A stretch of DNA of 45,950 nt, from positions 1-45,950 of the forward strand of contig DAMDJY010000001.1 of assembly GCA_032100225.1 (NCBI GenBank). The letters are read 5' to 3'. The stretch is from Mobilicoccus sp. GTDB taxonomy: Bacteria > Actinomycetota > Actinomycetes > Actinomycetales > Dermatophilaceae. Positions 18,204 through 26,907 of the stretch are shown piece by piece. Position 1 is the stretch's first letter, and the number at the start of each line of letters is the position of its first letter. The notes beneath the pieces were generated by a model. That model searched no databases. It saw only the letters and a program-made list of their open reading frames with translations, and had not been told where the DNA came from. The position numbers and the translations under genes were made by a program.

Positions 18204-18253
18204 CACACACGCCAGGGGCGCCCGGAATCGTCCGGGCGCCCCTGGCGTGTGTG
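18204..18253. terminator. Bidirectional terminator hairpin between convergent ppk2 and glgX
   Basis: Perfect 23-bp stem CACACACGCCAGGGGCGCCCGGA / TCCGGGCGCCCCTGGCGTGTGTG with ATCG loop. Confidence 0.85.
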
Positions 18254-18263
18254 AAGTCGTGAC

Positions 18264-20612
18264 TCAGTCGGTCGATCCCTCTTCGGATTCGTTCGAGGAC
18301 TCGCCATCGTTCTGGGGCGTCTGCTCGTCCTGCTCGGACAACTCGCGCTCCTTGGCGCGGGCGGCACGTTCCGCTGCCTTCTCGGTGAGCTCTGGGGAGA
18401 CCTCGATCTCATCGCCGGCGACGGCCACGGCCATCAGGCGAGCGGCCTCCTCGCGTGCCTCCTCGGCGTCCTGTTCGAGCACGTCGCGCTCGATGGGACT
18501 GCTTTGGAGGATCACCATGGAGCGGGAGCCGACGGTGATCGTCTCGCCGGAGTCGACTGCGGGTTCGGTCGGCTCGGGGATGCCGCCGGAGAGGAACGTG
18601 TCGACGACCTTCGCCCAGCGCACGTCGGCGATGACGTCGGGAACGACGAAGTCGACGTCCTCGTGGTGCGCGTTGAACATGAGGATGAAGTCGTCGTCCG
18701 TGATGCGCTGGCCGAGAGGGCCGGGTTCGGGGATGGCATCACCGTTGAGGAGGACGGAGAGGGTGCGGGCGTAACCCGTCTTCCAGTCGTCCTCGTTCAT
18801 CTCGATCCCGCTGGAGCCGAACCACATGATGTCGCCGACATCGGAGCGGCCGCCGTGATCGGCGTTGCCCTCGAAGAAACGGCGGCGACGGAACACCGGG
18901 TGGTTCTGACGCAGGTCGACGACGTGCGAGGCGAACTTGAGCAGGCTCTGCTGGTCCTTGCTCAACTCCCAGTCGATCCACGCGACGGCGTTGTCCTGGC
19001 AGTACACGTTGTTGTTGCCGCCCTGGGTGCGGGCCATCTCGTCGCCGTGGGCGATCATCGGCACACCCTGGCTGACCAGCAGCGTGGTGAGGAAGTTGCG
19101 CATCTGACGCAGGCGCAGGCTGCGGATGGCCGGGTCGTCGGTGGGGCCTTCGGCGCCGTGGTTCCAGGAGCGGTTGTGGCTCTCGCCGTCGTTGCCGCCC
19201 TCGCCGTTGGCGTCGTTGTGCTTCTCGTTGTAGCTGACGAGGTCACGCAGGGTGAATCCGTCGTGCGCGATGATGAAGTTGATCGACGCGATCGGCCGGC
19301 GCCCGGAGTGGGCGTACAGGTCGGAGGAGCCGGACAGGCGCGAGGCGAACTCGGAGAGTCCGGCCGCGTCGCCACGCCAGTAGTCGCGCACGGTGTCGCG
19401 GTAACGCCCGTTCCACTCGGTCCACAGGGGCGGGAAGTTGCCCACCTGGTAACCGCCGTCGCCGAGGTCCCACGGTTCTGCGATGAGCTTGACCTGGCTG
19501 ATCACCGGGTCCTGCTGGATGAGGTCGAAGAACGCCGACAACTTGTCGACCTCGTGGAACTGACGGGCCAGGGTGGCGGCCAGGTCGAAGCGGAAGCCGT
19601 CGACGTGCATCTCGGTGACCCAGTAGCGCAGCGAGTCCATGATGAGCTGCAACACGTGCGGGTTGCGCATGAGCAGCGAGTTACCGGTGCCCGTCGTGTC
19701 GTAGTAGTGCTCCTTGGCGTCGTCGACGAGGCGGTAGTAGGCCGTGTTGTCGATGCCGCGGAAGCACAGCGTGGGGCCGAACTCGTTGCCCTCGGCGGTG
19801 TGGTTGTACACCACGTCGAGGATGACCTCGATGTTGGCCTCGTGCAGGGTCTTCACCATCGACTTGAACTCGGTGACCTGCTGGCCCGCGGTGCCGTACG
19901 CCGCGTACTCGTTGTGGGGGGCGAGGAAGCCGATCGTGTTGTAGCCCCAGTAGTTGCGCAGCCCCTTCTCCTGCAGGTGGGTGTCCTGCACGAACTGGTG
20001 CACCGGGAGCAGCTCGATGGCCGTCACGCCGAGGTCGGTGAGGTGCTTGATGATCGCCGGGTGGGCGATCGCCGCGTACGTCCCCCGGATCTCCTCGGGG
20101 ATGTCGGGGTGCGTCATCGTGAGCCCCTTGACGTGGGCCTCGTAGATCACCGTGTCGTGGTACTCGTGGTGCGGGGGACGGTCGTGGCCCCAGTCGAAGA
20201 ATGGGTTGACGACCACCGAGAGCATCGTGTGCCCGAGGGAGTCGGCCTCGTTGTAGGAGTTGACGTCGCCGAAGTTGTATGAGAACAGCGCCTCGTCGCC
20301 GGTGATCTGTCCGTCGATGGCCTTGGCGTAGGGGTCGAGGAGCAACTTGTTCGGGTTGCAGCGGTAGCCCTGGGTGGGGTCGTAGGGGCCGTGCACGCGG
20401 TAGCCGTAGCGCTGCCCGGGCTGGAGGTTGGGCACGTATCCGTGCCATACGTAGCCGTCGACCTCGGTGAGTTCGAGCCTGGTCTCGGTGCCGTCCTCGC
20501 TCACGAGGCACAGTTCGACCCGCTCGGCGATCTCGGAGAACAGGGCGAAGTTCACTCCCGAGCCGTCGTAGGTGGCTCCGAGCGGATACGCGTTTCCTGG
20601 CCAGATGTCCAT
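18264..20612 (-). CDS. glgX: Glycogen debranching enzyme (isoamylase, GH13)
   Basis: YPLGATYDG.GVNFA, LLDPYAK, NYWGY, DVVYNHTAEG, DGFRFDLA, KLIAEPWD, HDGFTL; acidic C-terminal tail. Confidence 0.96.
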   Translation of the reverse strand: MDIWPGNAYPLGATYDGSGVNFALFSEIAERVELCLVSEDGTETRLELTEVDGYVWHGYVPNLQPGQRYGYRVHGPYDPTQGYRCNPNKLLLDPYAKAIDGQITGDEALFSYNFGDVNSYNEADSLGHTMLSVVVNPFFDWGHDRPPHHEYHDTVIYEAHVKGLTMTHPDIPEEIRGTYAAIAHPAIIKHLTDLGVTAIELLPVHQFVQDTHLQEKGLRNYWGYNTIGFLAPHNEYAAYGTAGQQVTEFKSMVKTLHEANIEVILDVVYNHTAEGNEFGPTLCFRGIDNTAYYRLVDDAKEHYYDTTGTGNSLLMRNPHVLQLIMDSLRYWVTEMHVDGFRFDLAATLARQFHEVDKLSAFFDLIQQDPVISQVKLIAEPWDLGDGGYQVGNFPPLWTEWNGRYRDTVRDYWRGDAAGLSEFASRLSGSSDLYAHSGRRPIASINFIIAHDGFTLRDLVSYNEKHNDANGEGGNDGESHNRSWNHGAEGPTDDPAIRSLRLRQMRNFLTTLLVSQGVPMIAHGDEMARTQGGNNNVYCQDNAVAWIDWELSKDQQSLLKFASHVVDLRQNHPVFRRRRFFEGNADHGGRSDVGDIMWFGSSGIEMNEDDWKTGYARTLSVLLNGDAIPEPGPLGQRITDDDFILMFNAHHEDVDFVVPDVIADVRWAKVVDTFLSGGIPEPTEPAVDSGETITVGSRSMVILQSSPIERDVLEQDAEEAREEAARLMAVAVAGDEIEVSPELTEKAAERAARAKERELSEQDEQTPQNDGESSNESEEGSTD

Positions 20613-20977
20613 AGGTCCGTCTTAGCTCTTCCGTCGTCCATGAGTGCGGCGCGGTGCCGCAGTGTCGGCGATTCACCCGTGTCTCGGGCGAATTCGCGGA
20701 TCGGCCCCGGCGAGGGCCCTGTCGAACGTTAACCCGATCGCCGGGCCGATGAGGCGGCCCCGCGGTCGTGGCGTCCATGACCGGCGCCGCGATGCGTCGG
20801 CGGCACGATCCGTGAGCAGTGTGCCGCACCGGCGACGTGCCACCGACACCCAGACCACGCCGTGGGGTCGACGCGTGGCTCATCCCGGGCGTTGCGGTGA
20901 CGCACGCCTCAGGGGCACGGACGCGCGGGCGCGGCCGGTAGCTGCGAGGACACGTCGAGGACTCGGCCGCGGGCCGG

Positions 20978-21008
20978 TTGGACTCCGGCCGCGGTCATCG
21001 GTTACTGT
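20978..21008 (+). promoter_or_regulatory. Candidate promoter of the tRNA Gly-Cys-Val operon
   Basis: TTGGAC(T) and TACTGT with 18-19 nt spacing, about 65 nt upstream of tRNA-Gly. Confidence 0.4.
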
Positions 21009-21072
21009 CGTCCAGCACGCCGCGGGAAGCCGCAAGGCCGACAAGGTCGAACGGAATCCACGCGACGCACAT

Positions 21073-21145
21073 GCGGACGTGGCTCAGTTGGTAGAGCATC
21101 ACCTTGCCAAGGTGAGGGTCGCGGGTTCGAGTCCCGTCGTCCGCT
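21073..21145 (+). tRNA. tRNA-Gly (GCC)
   Basis: Acceptor GCGGACG/CGTCCGC, D arm GCTCAGTTGGTAGAGC, anticodon loop TT-GCC-AA, T loop GGTTCGAGTCC. CCA is not encoded. Confidence 0.95.
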
Positions 21146-21187
21146 CGGAGGATCGCCTCCCTCGGAAGGCAGTCATTCAGCCTTCGC

Positions 21188-21258
21188 GGTGGAGTGGCCG
21201 AGAGGCGAGGCAACGGCCTGCAAAGCCGTGTACACGGGTTCAAATCCCGTCTCCACCT
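21188..21258 (+). tRNA. tRNA-Cys (GCA)
   Basis: Acceptor GGTGGAG/CTCCACC, anticodon arm ACGGC-CTGCAAA-GCCGT, T loop GGTTCAAATCC. Confidence 0.95.
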
Positions 21259-21284
21259 CACAGAAGCGCTTCGGGCGCTTCGTC

Positions 21285-21359
21285 GGGCGATTGGCGCAGC
21301 GGTAGCGCGCTTCCTTGACACGGAAGAGGTCACTGGTTCAAACCCAGTATCGCCCACCA
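21285..21359 (+). tRNA. tRNA-Val (GAC)
   Basis: Acceptor GGGCGAT/ATCGCCC, anticodon arm CTTCC-TTGACAC-GGAAG, T loop GGTTCAAACCC, encoded ACCA end. Confidence 0.95.
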
Positions 21360-21362
21360 TCC

Positions 21363-21398
21363 ACGAAGCCCCCGGATCTCACGATTCGGGGGTTTCGT
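21363..21398 (+). terminator. Terminator of the tRNA operon
   Basis: ACGAAGCCCCCGGATC / GATTCGGGGGTTTCGT stem with G-U pairs. Confidence 0.75.
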
Positions 21399-21562
21399 CG
21401 TGCGTCGTGGGCTCTCGGGGGAGATTGGCCACCGGCGCGCATCGACTCGGCCGGGGGGCGAGGCGATGCTCACGCAGGATGACATCCGTGTTGGACTCAC
21501 GCCTGCCGCGCTTCGGCCGACAGGTAGTAGCCACCCCAGCGCACACCAAGAAGAGGAATCCG

Positions 21563-21778
21563 ATGTCAGTCATGTCCCCGGTCGGCACGCGGCTCTACAG
21601 CGTCCTGCTGACCACACACGAAGAACGCCCCGGGACCTGGCTCACGATTGCGGCGAACGACGTGGTCGACGCCATGCGTCAGGCCAAGGCGAACCCCTGG
21701 TGGGGTGAATCGACTCCCGAGTGGGCCGGCGCCGCCCGCGTCGCGGCCGTGGAGTGCCTCGGTCTCGCCTGGCACTGA
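21563..21778 (+). CDS. Small hypothetical protein (71 aa)
   Basis: RBS-like AAGAGGA before the ATG, GC3-biased codons and a globular-looking sequence (MSVMSPVGTRLYSVLL...ECLGLAWH). Confidence 0.55.
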   Translation: MSVMSPVGTRLYSVLLTTHEERPGTWLTIAANDVVDAMRQAKANPWWGESTPEWAGAARVAAVECLGLAWH

Positions 21779-21887
21779 GTCTGCGGTCGGTCTTGCAGCC
21801 GGTCCCGGTCGACATCGACGTGGCCGGTGGAACCCCACGGGTGGCCTCGGTCGTTCATGATGAACAGGGCCACGGCCAGGAGGTGCG

Positions 21888-22397
21888 ATGACCACGACGC
21901 AGGCAGGACGGACGGAGCGCGACGACGAACGCGCCGGCGCCGCGCCGGGTCATGTCCGAGCCTCCCGCGGCCGCACCGGCTCTCGGGCGGCGATCCTGCG
22001 TCCGGGAGATTGGGCCTGGCGAGCCAAGATCCGAGCCAATCCTCGGGCGCACAGTATCTACCGGAGCGTCGTCGGCACGCTCGGATTCGTCATCGTCGTG
22101 GCCGGGTTGCTGATGGTGCCCTTTCCCGGGCCGGGGTGGCTCGTCGTCTTCATCGGCGTGAGCATTTGGGCCTCGGAGTTTCATTGGGCCAGAAGGCTGC
22201 ACACGTACGGCGTGGGCAAGCTCAGAGAATGGAACGCGTGGGTGCAGCGCAAAGGTGTCATCGTGCAGGCGACCTTGTTCGTCCTCACGTGTCTGTTCGT
22301 CAACGCCTTCCTGTGGACCTCGCTCAAGTTCATGGGGATCCCCGGGTGGGTCCCCGACCAGGTCGAGACGCTCATGCACACCTACCTCGCGCTCTGA
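21888..22397 (+). CDS. PGPGW-motif membrane protein (TIGR02611-like)
   Basis: MVPFPGPGWLVVFIG..IWASEFHWA plus hydrophobic helices; RBS AGGAGG. Confidence 0.85.
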   Translation: MTTTQAGRTERDDERAGAAPGHVRASRGRTGSRAAILRPGDWAWRAKIRANPRAHSIYRSVVGTLGFVIVVAGLLMVPFPGPGWLVVFIGVSIWASEFHWARRLHTYGVGKLREWNAWVQRKGVIVQATLFVLTCLFVNAFLWTSLKFMGIPGWVPDQVETLMHTYLAL

Positions 22398-22444
22398 CCC
22401 GCTCGGATCGCGACTGACGCACACGGGCAGCTGCCGGCATCGTT

Positions 22445-22474
22445 TTGGAGTCCAGGGGAGTTGCCGGGTAGGGT
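22445..22474 (+). promoter_or_regulatory. Candidate promoter of tRNA-Val(CAC)
   Basis: TTGGAG-N18-TAGGGT, 15 nt upstream of the tRNA. Confidence 0.5.
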
Positions 22475-22489
22475 GATGCTCCGTTCTAC

Positions 22490-22566
22490 GGACGTATAGC
22501 TCAGTTGGTTAGAGCGTTCGCTTCACACGCGAGAGGTCGCAGGTTCGAGTCCTGCTACGTCCACCA
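22490..22566 (+). tRNA. tRNA-Val (CAC)
   Basis: Acceptor GGACGTA/TACGTCC, D arm GCTCAGTTGGTTAGAGC, anticodon loop TT-CAC-AC, T loop GGTTCGAGTCC, encoded ACCA. Confidence 0.95.
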
Positions 22567-22579
22567 CATATCCTCGTCG

Positions 22580-22605
22580 AGGCCCTGCTGGGATCAGCAG
22601 GGCCT
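22580..22605. terminator. Hairpin terminator after tRNA-Val(CAC)
   Basis: Perfect 11-bp stem AGGCCCTGCTG / CAGCAGGGCCT. Confidence 0.7.
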
Positions 22606-22657
22606 TAGTCGTATCCGGCCACGGTTTCGCCCGTCGGTCACGTGAATCGCTGCCGGT

Positions 22658-23506
22658 TCACCCCTGCCGGCCGGCCCCGGGGAGGGTGAAGGTGGAGATG
22701 TCCACCGCCAACGTCACCTCGACGCACGCCTCGTGCGCCAGAGCCTCCAGGTCGGCCGGACCGGCGTGGTGGGCGCCCGGACCCATCCTGGCCAGCAGAG
22801 ACGCGATCCCGCCGTCGACGCTCAACGCCTCACGCACCTGACGCACCGGGCCGGTGGAGAAGCGGGCGAACACCTCGGCCAGGCGCTCCGCCTTGCGCGG
22901 GTCCACGCGCGGCAACCCCAGCCTCGTCACGAGTTCGGTGAGGTGTTCGGGCGCGGGAGTCGCGACGACGACCACGCCGCCGGGAGAGAGGACCCGCTCG
23001 AACTCCGGGGCATTGCGTGGGGCGAAGACATCCATGACGAGCGCAGCAGCATTGTCCCGCACCGGGATTCCGGCCCAGACATCGGCCACGAGTCCTGCCA
23101 GACGCGGATGGGCGCGGGCACAACGCCGTGCAGCGTAGGCCGACAGGTCGAGGGCCACCCCGAGCCGATCTGGCAGAGCATCCAGGACTCCCGCGGTGTA
23201 ATACCCGGTGCCAGCACCGATGTCGATCACCGCGCCGTCGGGGAGCGACAACCCGGAGACGACCTCCACGAGCGCCTGGAGGATGGGGGAGTAGACCCCC
23301 GACTCGAGCACCTGCGCGCGGGCACTCACCATCGCGGCGTCGTCGGCCGCGGCTCCCGCCGGTTTGCTCAGTAGGTTGACGTACCCCTGGCGGGCGATGT
23401 CGTAACTGTGGCCCTGCTCGCAGCGCAGCGCACCGCCGGTGACCTCGACACCCGCCGCGCATCGTGGGCAGCAGAGCAGGGACGCCACGTCGGCGAGGGC
23501 GGACAT
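22658..23506 (-). CDS. rlmA: 23S rRNA m1G745/748 methyltransferase (RlmA family)
   Basis: Zinc finger CPRC...CEQGHSYDIARQGYVNL, SAM motif DIGAGTGYY, VFAPRN..EF.RVL. ATG lies 7 nt after -10 TAGGCT. Confidence 0.85.
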   Translation of the reverse strand: MSALADVASLLCCPRCAAGVEVTGGALRCEQGHSYDIARQGYVNLLSKPAGAAADDAAMVSARAQVLESGVYSPILQALVEVVSGLSLPDGAVIDIGAGTGYYTAGVLDALPDRLGVALDLSAYAARRCARAHPRLAGLVADVWAGIPVRDNAAALVMDVFAPRNAPEFERVLSPGGVVVVATPAPEHLTELVTRLGLPRVDPRKAERLAEVFARFSTGPVRQVREALSVDGGIASLLARMGPGAHHAGPADLEALAHEACVEVTLAVDISTFTLPGAGRQG

Positions 23507-23597
23507 GAGCCTCAGCCTACGCACCGCAGGGTCGCCGCCCGGATGCTGCTGGAGCGCACCTCTTTCCGGTATCGACCCTGGCTGGCAGAGTGTGCCC

Positions 23598-23951
23598 ATG
23601 GAGCTACTGCGACCCCTCATCGGCGGGACCGTTCTCGCCCTGGCCGTCTACCCCGAGAAGGGCGCCCCGGGCCAGTCGCTCTCGACCGCCCAGGTGCGGA
23701 GCGAGGGATTCGAGGGAGATCGGCCCAAGAAGCGGCCGGTCCACCTCGTGGGTCGGGACGAGTCTCCCGATGTGACGCGCGCGAACGTGTTCCTCGACGT
23801 CTCCGACGAGGATCTGCAGGGGGCGGTAGGGGAGCAGGTCCGCCTCGGACAGGTGGTGCTCCGGGTGACCGAACTGCCCAAGAACTGCCCCGGGGTGTAC
23901 GCCGAGGTTGTGCGGACCGGCGTCGTCAAAGTCGGAGATCGGCTCGCCTGA
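23598..23951 (+). CDS. Minimal MOSC-domain-like protein
   Basis: GFEGDR, R.VHL, RANV, VRLG.VVLRVT..PKNC and GVYAEVVRTG.VKVGD resemble MOSC/YiiM barrel motifs. Confidence 0.7.
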   Translation: MELLRPLIGGTVLALAVYPEKGAPGQSLSTAQVRSEGFEGDRPKKRPVHLVGRDESPDVTRANVFLDVSDEDLQGAVGEQVRLGQVVLRVTELPKNCPGVYAEVVRTGVVKVGDRLA

Positions 23952-24088
23952 GCGGTGCCTGCGGGCGCGTCGGGCGTAAACCCTGCTGAAGCAGGGGCGA
24001 GGTGCGCACTACCCTGGGGAGGTGGCCCCGATCGGGGGTCGGCGCAGGGCGTTCCGCTCGCGCACCCAACACCACGAGGAGTTCCACC

Positions 24089-26200
24089 GTGTCAGCCCAG
24101 ATCACCGTGTCAGTCGCCGGGAGCGAGCGATCGGTGCCGGCGGGCACGACGGCCGCCGACCTGTTCGAGAACGAACGCCGCATCGTGGTGGCGCGCGTCG
24201 GTGGAGAGCTCAAGGACCTCACCTACGAACTCGCCGACGGTGACGCCGTGGAGGGTGTCGACATCGCCTCCCCCGACGGTCTGGACGTGCTGCGTCACTC
24301 CTGCACGCACGTGATGGCGCAGGCCGTGCAGCAGATGCGCCCGGGTGCCAAGCTCGGCATCGGCCCCTACATCCGCGACGGGTTCTACTACGACTTCGAC
24401 GTCGAGGAGCCGTTCACCCCCGAGGACCTCAAAGCCCTCGAGAAGGCGATGCAGAAGATCGTCAACGAGGGGCAGCGCTTCGAGCGCCGCGTCGTCAGCG
24501 CCGACGAGGCCCTGGCCGAGCTCAAGGACGAGCCGTACAAGTGCGAGCTCATCGGGCTGGCGCACGGGCCGGGCTCCGGTGGGGCCGAGGCCGGCTCGGA
24601 GTCCTCCAACGAGAACCTCGAGTCCAACGCCGAGGGGGCCTCCGTCGAGGTCGGTGGCGGCGAGATCACCATCTACGACAACATCCGCAAGGACGGCACC
24701 CGCGCCTGGGGCGACCTGTGCCGCGGTCCGCACATCCCCACCACCAAGCTCATCGCCAACGGGTTCAAGGTCATGCGCAGCTCTGCGGCCTACTGGCGCG
24801 GCGACCAGGCCAACGCGCAGCTCCAGCGTGTGTACGGCACCGCGTGGGCGAGCAAGGACGACCTCAAGGCGTACCTCACCCGCCTCGAAGAGGCCGAGAA
24901 GCGCGACCACCGCAAGCTCGGTGTCGAGCTCGACCTGTACTCGTTCCCCGACGAGATCGGCTCCGGGCTGCCCGTGTTCCACCCCAAGGGCGGCATCATC
25001 AAGCGCGCCATGGAGGACTACGTCCGCGCCCGCCACATCGACGAGGGCTTTCTCTACGTCGGCACCCCGCACATCGCCAAGGAGAACCTGTTCCACACCT
25101 CCGGGCACCTGCCGTACTACGCGGAGACGATGTTCCCCCCGATGCACGTCGACGAGGAGCGCAACGCCGCCGGTGAGGTGACCAAGGCCGGCCAGGAGTA
25201 CTACCTCAAGGCCATGAACTGCCCGATGCACAACCTCATCTACCGCAGCCGTGGCCGCAGCTACCGCGACCTGCCGATGCGGTTGTTCGAGTTCGGCTCG
25301 GTGTACCGGTACGAGAAGTCGGGCGTCATCCACGGCCTCACCCGCGTGCGTGGGTTCGCGCAGGACGACTCGCACAGCTACGTGACCAAGGAGCAGGCGG
25401 GCGCCGAGATCAAGCACCTGCTCGACTTCGTGCTCGGGCTCCTGCGTGACTTCGGTCTCGACGACTTCTACCTCGAGCTGTCGACCCGCGCCACGACCGG
25501 CCCCAAGGCGAGCAAGTTCATCGGCTCCGACGAGGACTGGGAAGAAGCGACTCGCATCCTCGAAGAGGTCTGCACCTCGACCGGTCTCGAGCTTGTTCCC
25601 GACCCGGGCGGCGCCGCCTACTACGGACCCAAGGTCAGCGTTCAGGCGCGTGACGCCATCGGCCGTACCTGGCAGATGAGCACGATCCAGTACGACTTCA
25701 ACCAGCCCGAGCGCTTCGAGCTGGAGTACCAGGCCTCCGACGGCTCGCGTCAGCGCCCGGTGATGATCCACTCGGCCAAGTTCGGCTCGATCGAGCGGTT
25801 CATGGGCGTGCTCGTCGAGCACTATGCCGGCGCGTTCCCGGTGTGGCTGTCTCCGGTGCAGGTCACGGGGATTCCGGTGGCCGAGGAGTACAACGACTAC
25901 ATGTACGACGTGGCCGACCAGCTCAAGGCTGCCGGCGTGCGCGTCGAGGTCGACATCTCCGACGACCGTTTTCCCAAGAAGATCCGCAACGCCAGCAAGT
26001 CCAAGGTGCCGTACGTCCTCATCGCCGGAGACGAGGACCGCGCTGCCGGGGCCGTCTCGTTCCGATACCGCGACGGTAGTCAGCGCAACGGCGTGCCGGT
26101 CGCCGAGGCGGTGGCCGAGATCGTCGCCGCGATCGAGTCCAAGGCCCAGGTGACCACCTCGCCCGAGGGCACGGCGCAGGAGTCGACCCCCGAGGCCTGA
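24089..26200 (+). CDS. thrS: Threonine--tRNA ligase
   Basis: TGS domain, LRHSCTH, DLCRGPH, RDHRKLG, KAMNCP.H, YRYEKSG, GSIERF. GTG start with RBS GAGGAG. Confidence 0.97.
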   Translation: MSAQITVSVAGSERSVPAGTTAADLFENERRIVVARVGGELKDLTYELADGDAVEGVDIASPDGLDVLRHSCTHVMAQAVQQMRPGAKLGIGPYIRDGFYYDFDVEEPFTPEDLKALEKAMQKIVNEGQRFERRVVSADEALAELKDEPYKCELIGLAHGPGSGGAEAGSESSNENLESNAEGASVEVGGGEITIYDNIRKDGTRAWGDLCRGPHIPTTKLIANGFKVMRSSAAYWRGDQANAQLQRVYGTAWASKDDLKAYLTRLEEAEKRDHRKLGVELDLYSFPDEIGSGLPVFHPKGGIIKRAMEDYVRARHIDEGFLYVGTPHIAKENLFHTSGHLPYYAETMFPPMHVDEERNAAGEVTKAGQEYYLKAMNCPMHNLIYRSRGRSYRDLPMRLFEFGSVYRYEKSGVIHGLTRVRGFAQDDSHSYVTKEQAGAEIKHLLDFVLGLLRDFGLDDFYLELSTRATTGPKASKFIGSDEDWEEATRILEEVCTSTGLELVPDPGGAAYYGPKVSVQARDAIGRTWQMSTIQYDFNQPERFELEYQASDGSRQRPVMIHSAKFGSIERFMGVLVEHYAGAFPVWLSPVQVTGIPVAEEYNDYMYDVADQLKAAGVRVEVDISDDRFPKKIRNASKSKVPYVLIAGDEDRAAGAVSFRYRDGSQRNGVPVAEAVAEIVAAIESKAQVTTSPEGTAQESTPEA

Positions 26201-26228
26201 TCTCCTCGGCGATACCCGTCGCCGGCCA

Positions 26229-26270
26229 CCGCGAGCCCCCTGCGTGAACTGTCGCGCAGGGGGCTCGCGG
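26229..26270 (+). terminator. Terminator hairpin after thrS
   Basis: CCGCGAGCCCCCTGCG / CGCAGGGGGCTCGCGG stem. Confidence 0.75.
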
Positions 26271-26346
26271 GCGTCCGAGGGGCGATGTCGCAGGTGAGAG
26301 GCATCGAAGAGGGCGAAATCGCGATCTGCGGTGTCACACTGACTTC

Positions 26347-26829
26347 ATGAAGCTCAAGGGCGTAGGCAACCAGCTCACCCGGGTGGCCCGGGCGGAGCCG
26401 GACGACGCCTTTCGACTGGCCGCACTGGAGATCGCGTGGAACCGCGAGCTGGGCCGGCCCGGCGAAGAGGGATTTCTCGACCGGTACACCGACGCCTGGT
26501 TGCGCGACCGTGACCGCTACCCGAGCTGGATCGCCTCCACAGTCGACGGAAATCCGTTGGGAGCGTGCACGATCGCGATCATGCGCTCCCTGCCCCGACC
26601 CGGGCGCATCCCGCGCTCGTGGGGTCATATGACCAACCTCTACGTGCGTCCCGAGGCGCGTGGCCTCGGCCTGGCCGGCCAGATCCTCGACGAGGCTCTG
26701 GCCTGGTGCGACCACGCCAATCTGCTGTGGGTCCAAGCGCTGACCAGCGACGATGCGCGGGACATGGCGGAACGTCGCGGTTTTCAGCCCTGCGGCGACC
26801 ACCTGTACCGCCGTGAGGGCCGGCCCTGA
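26347..26829 (+). CDS. GNAT family N-acetyltransferase
   Basis: Acetyl-CoA motif TNLYVRPEARGLGLAG and C-terminal ERRGF. ATG lies 6 nt after -10 CACACT. Confidence 0.82.
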   Translation: MKLKGVGNQLTRVARAEPDDAFRLAALEIAWNRELGRPGEEGFLDRYTDAWLRDRDRYPSWIASTVDGNPLGACTIAIMRSLPRPGRIPRSWGHMTNLYVRPEARGLGLAGQILDEALAWCDHANLLWVQALTSDDARDMAERRGFQPCGDHLYRREGRP

Positions 26830-26907
26830 GGCCGACCCTCACGGAGAGATCCACGCGGTTGAGCTGGGGAGTTGAGCCATGCGCGCCGAGTCACGCGCGT
26901 GGCGCAC

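Noticed and set aside
20995..21778. ORFs overlapping the tRNA genes (20995-21360 minus; N-terminal part of 21194-21778)
   Set aside because: These are spurious translations of tRNA sequence. Only 21563-21778 has an RBS and coding-like composition.
21073..22657. Integrated element or prophage at the tRNA cluster
   Set aside because: No integrase, no duplicated tRNA 3' end and no obvious composition shift; the sites look unoccupied.
22658..23506. Acquired macrolide-resistance determinant
   Set aside because: RlmA-family genes are commonly intrinsic; this one sits in a core region with host-like codon usage and no mobile element.
23952..24088. T-box riboswitch or tRNA-mimic operator upstream of thrS
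   Set aside because: The leader is short. I found no T-box consensus (TGGNACCGCG) and no Thr-anticodon-like loop, only a small GC hairpin.
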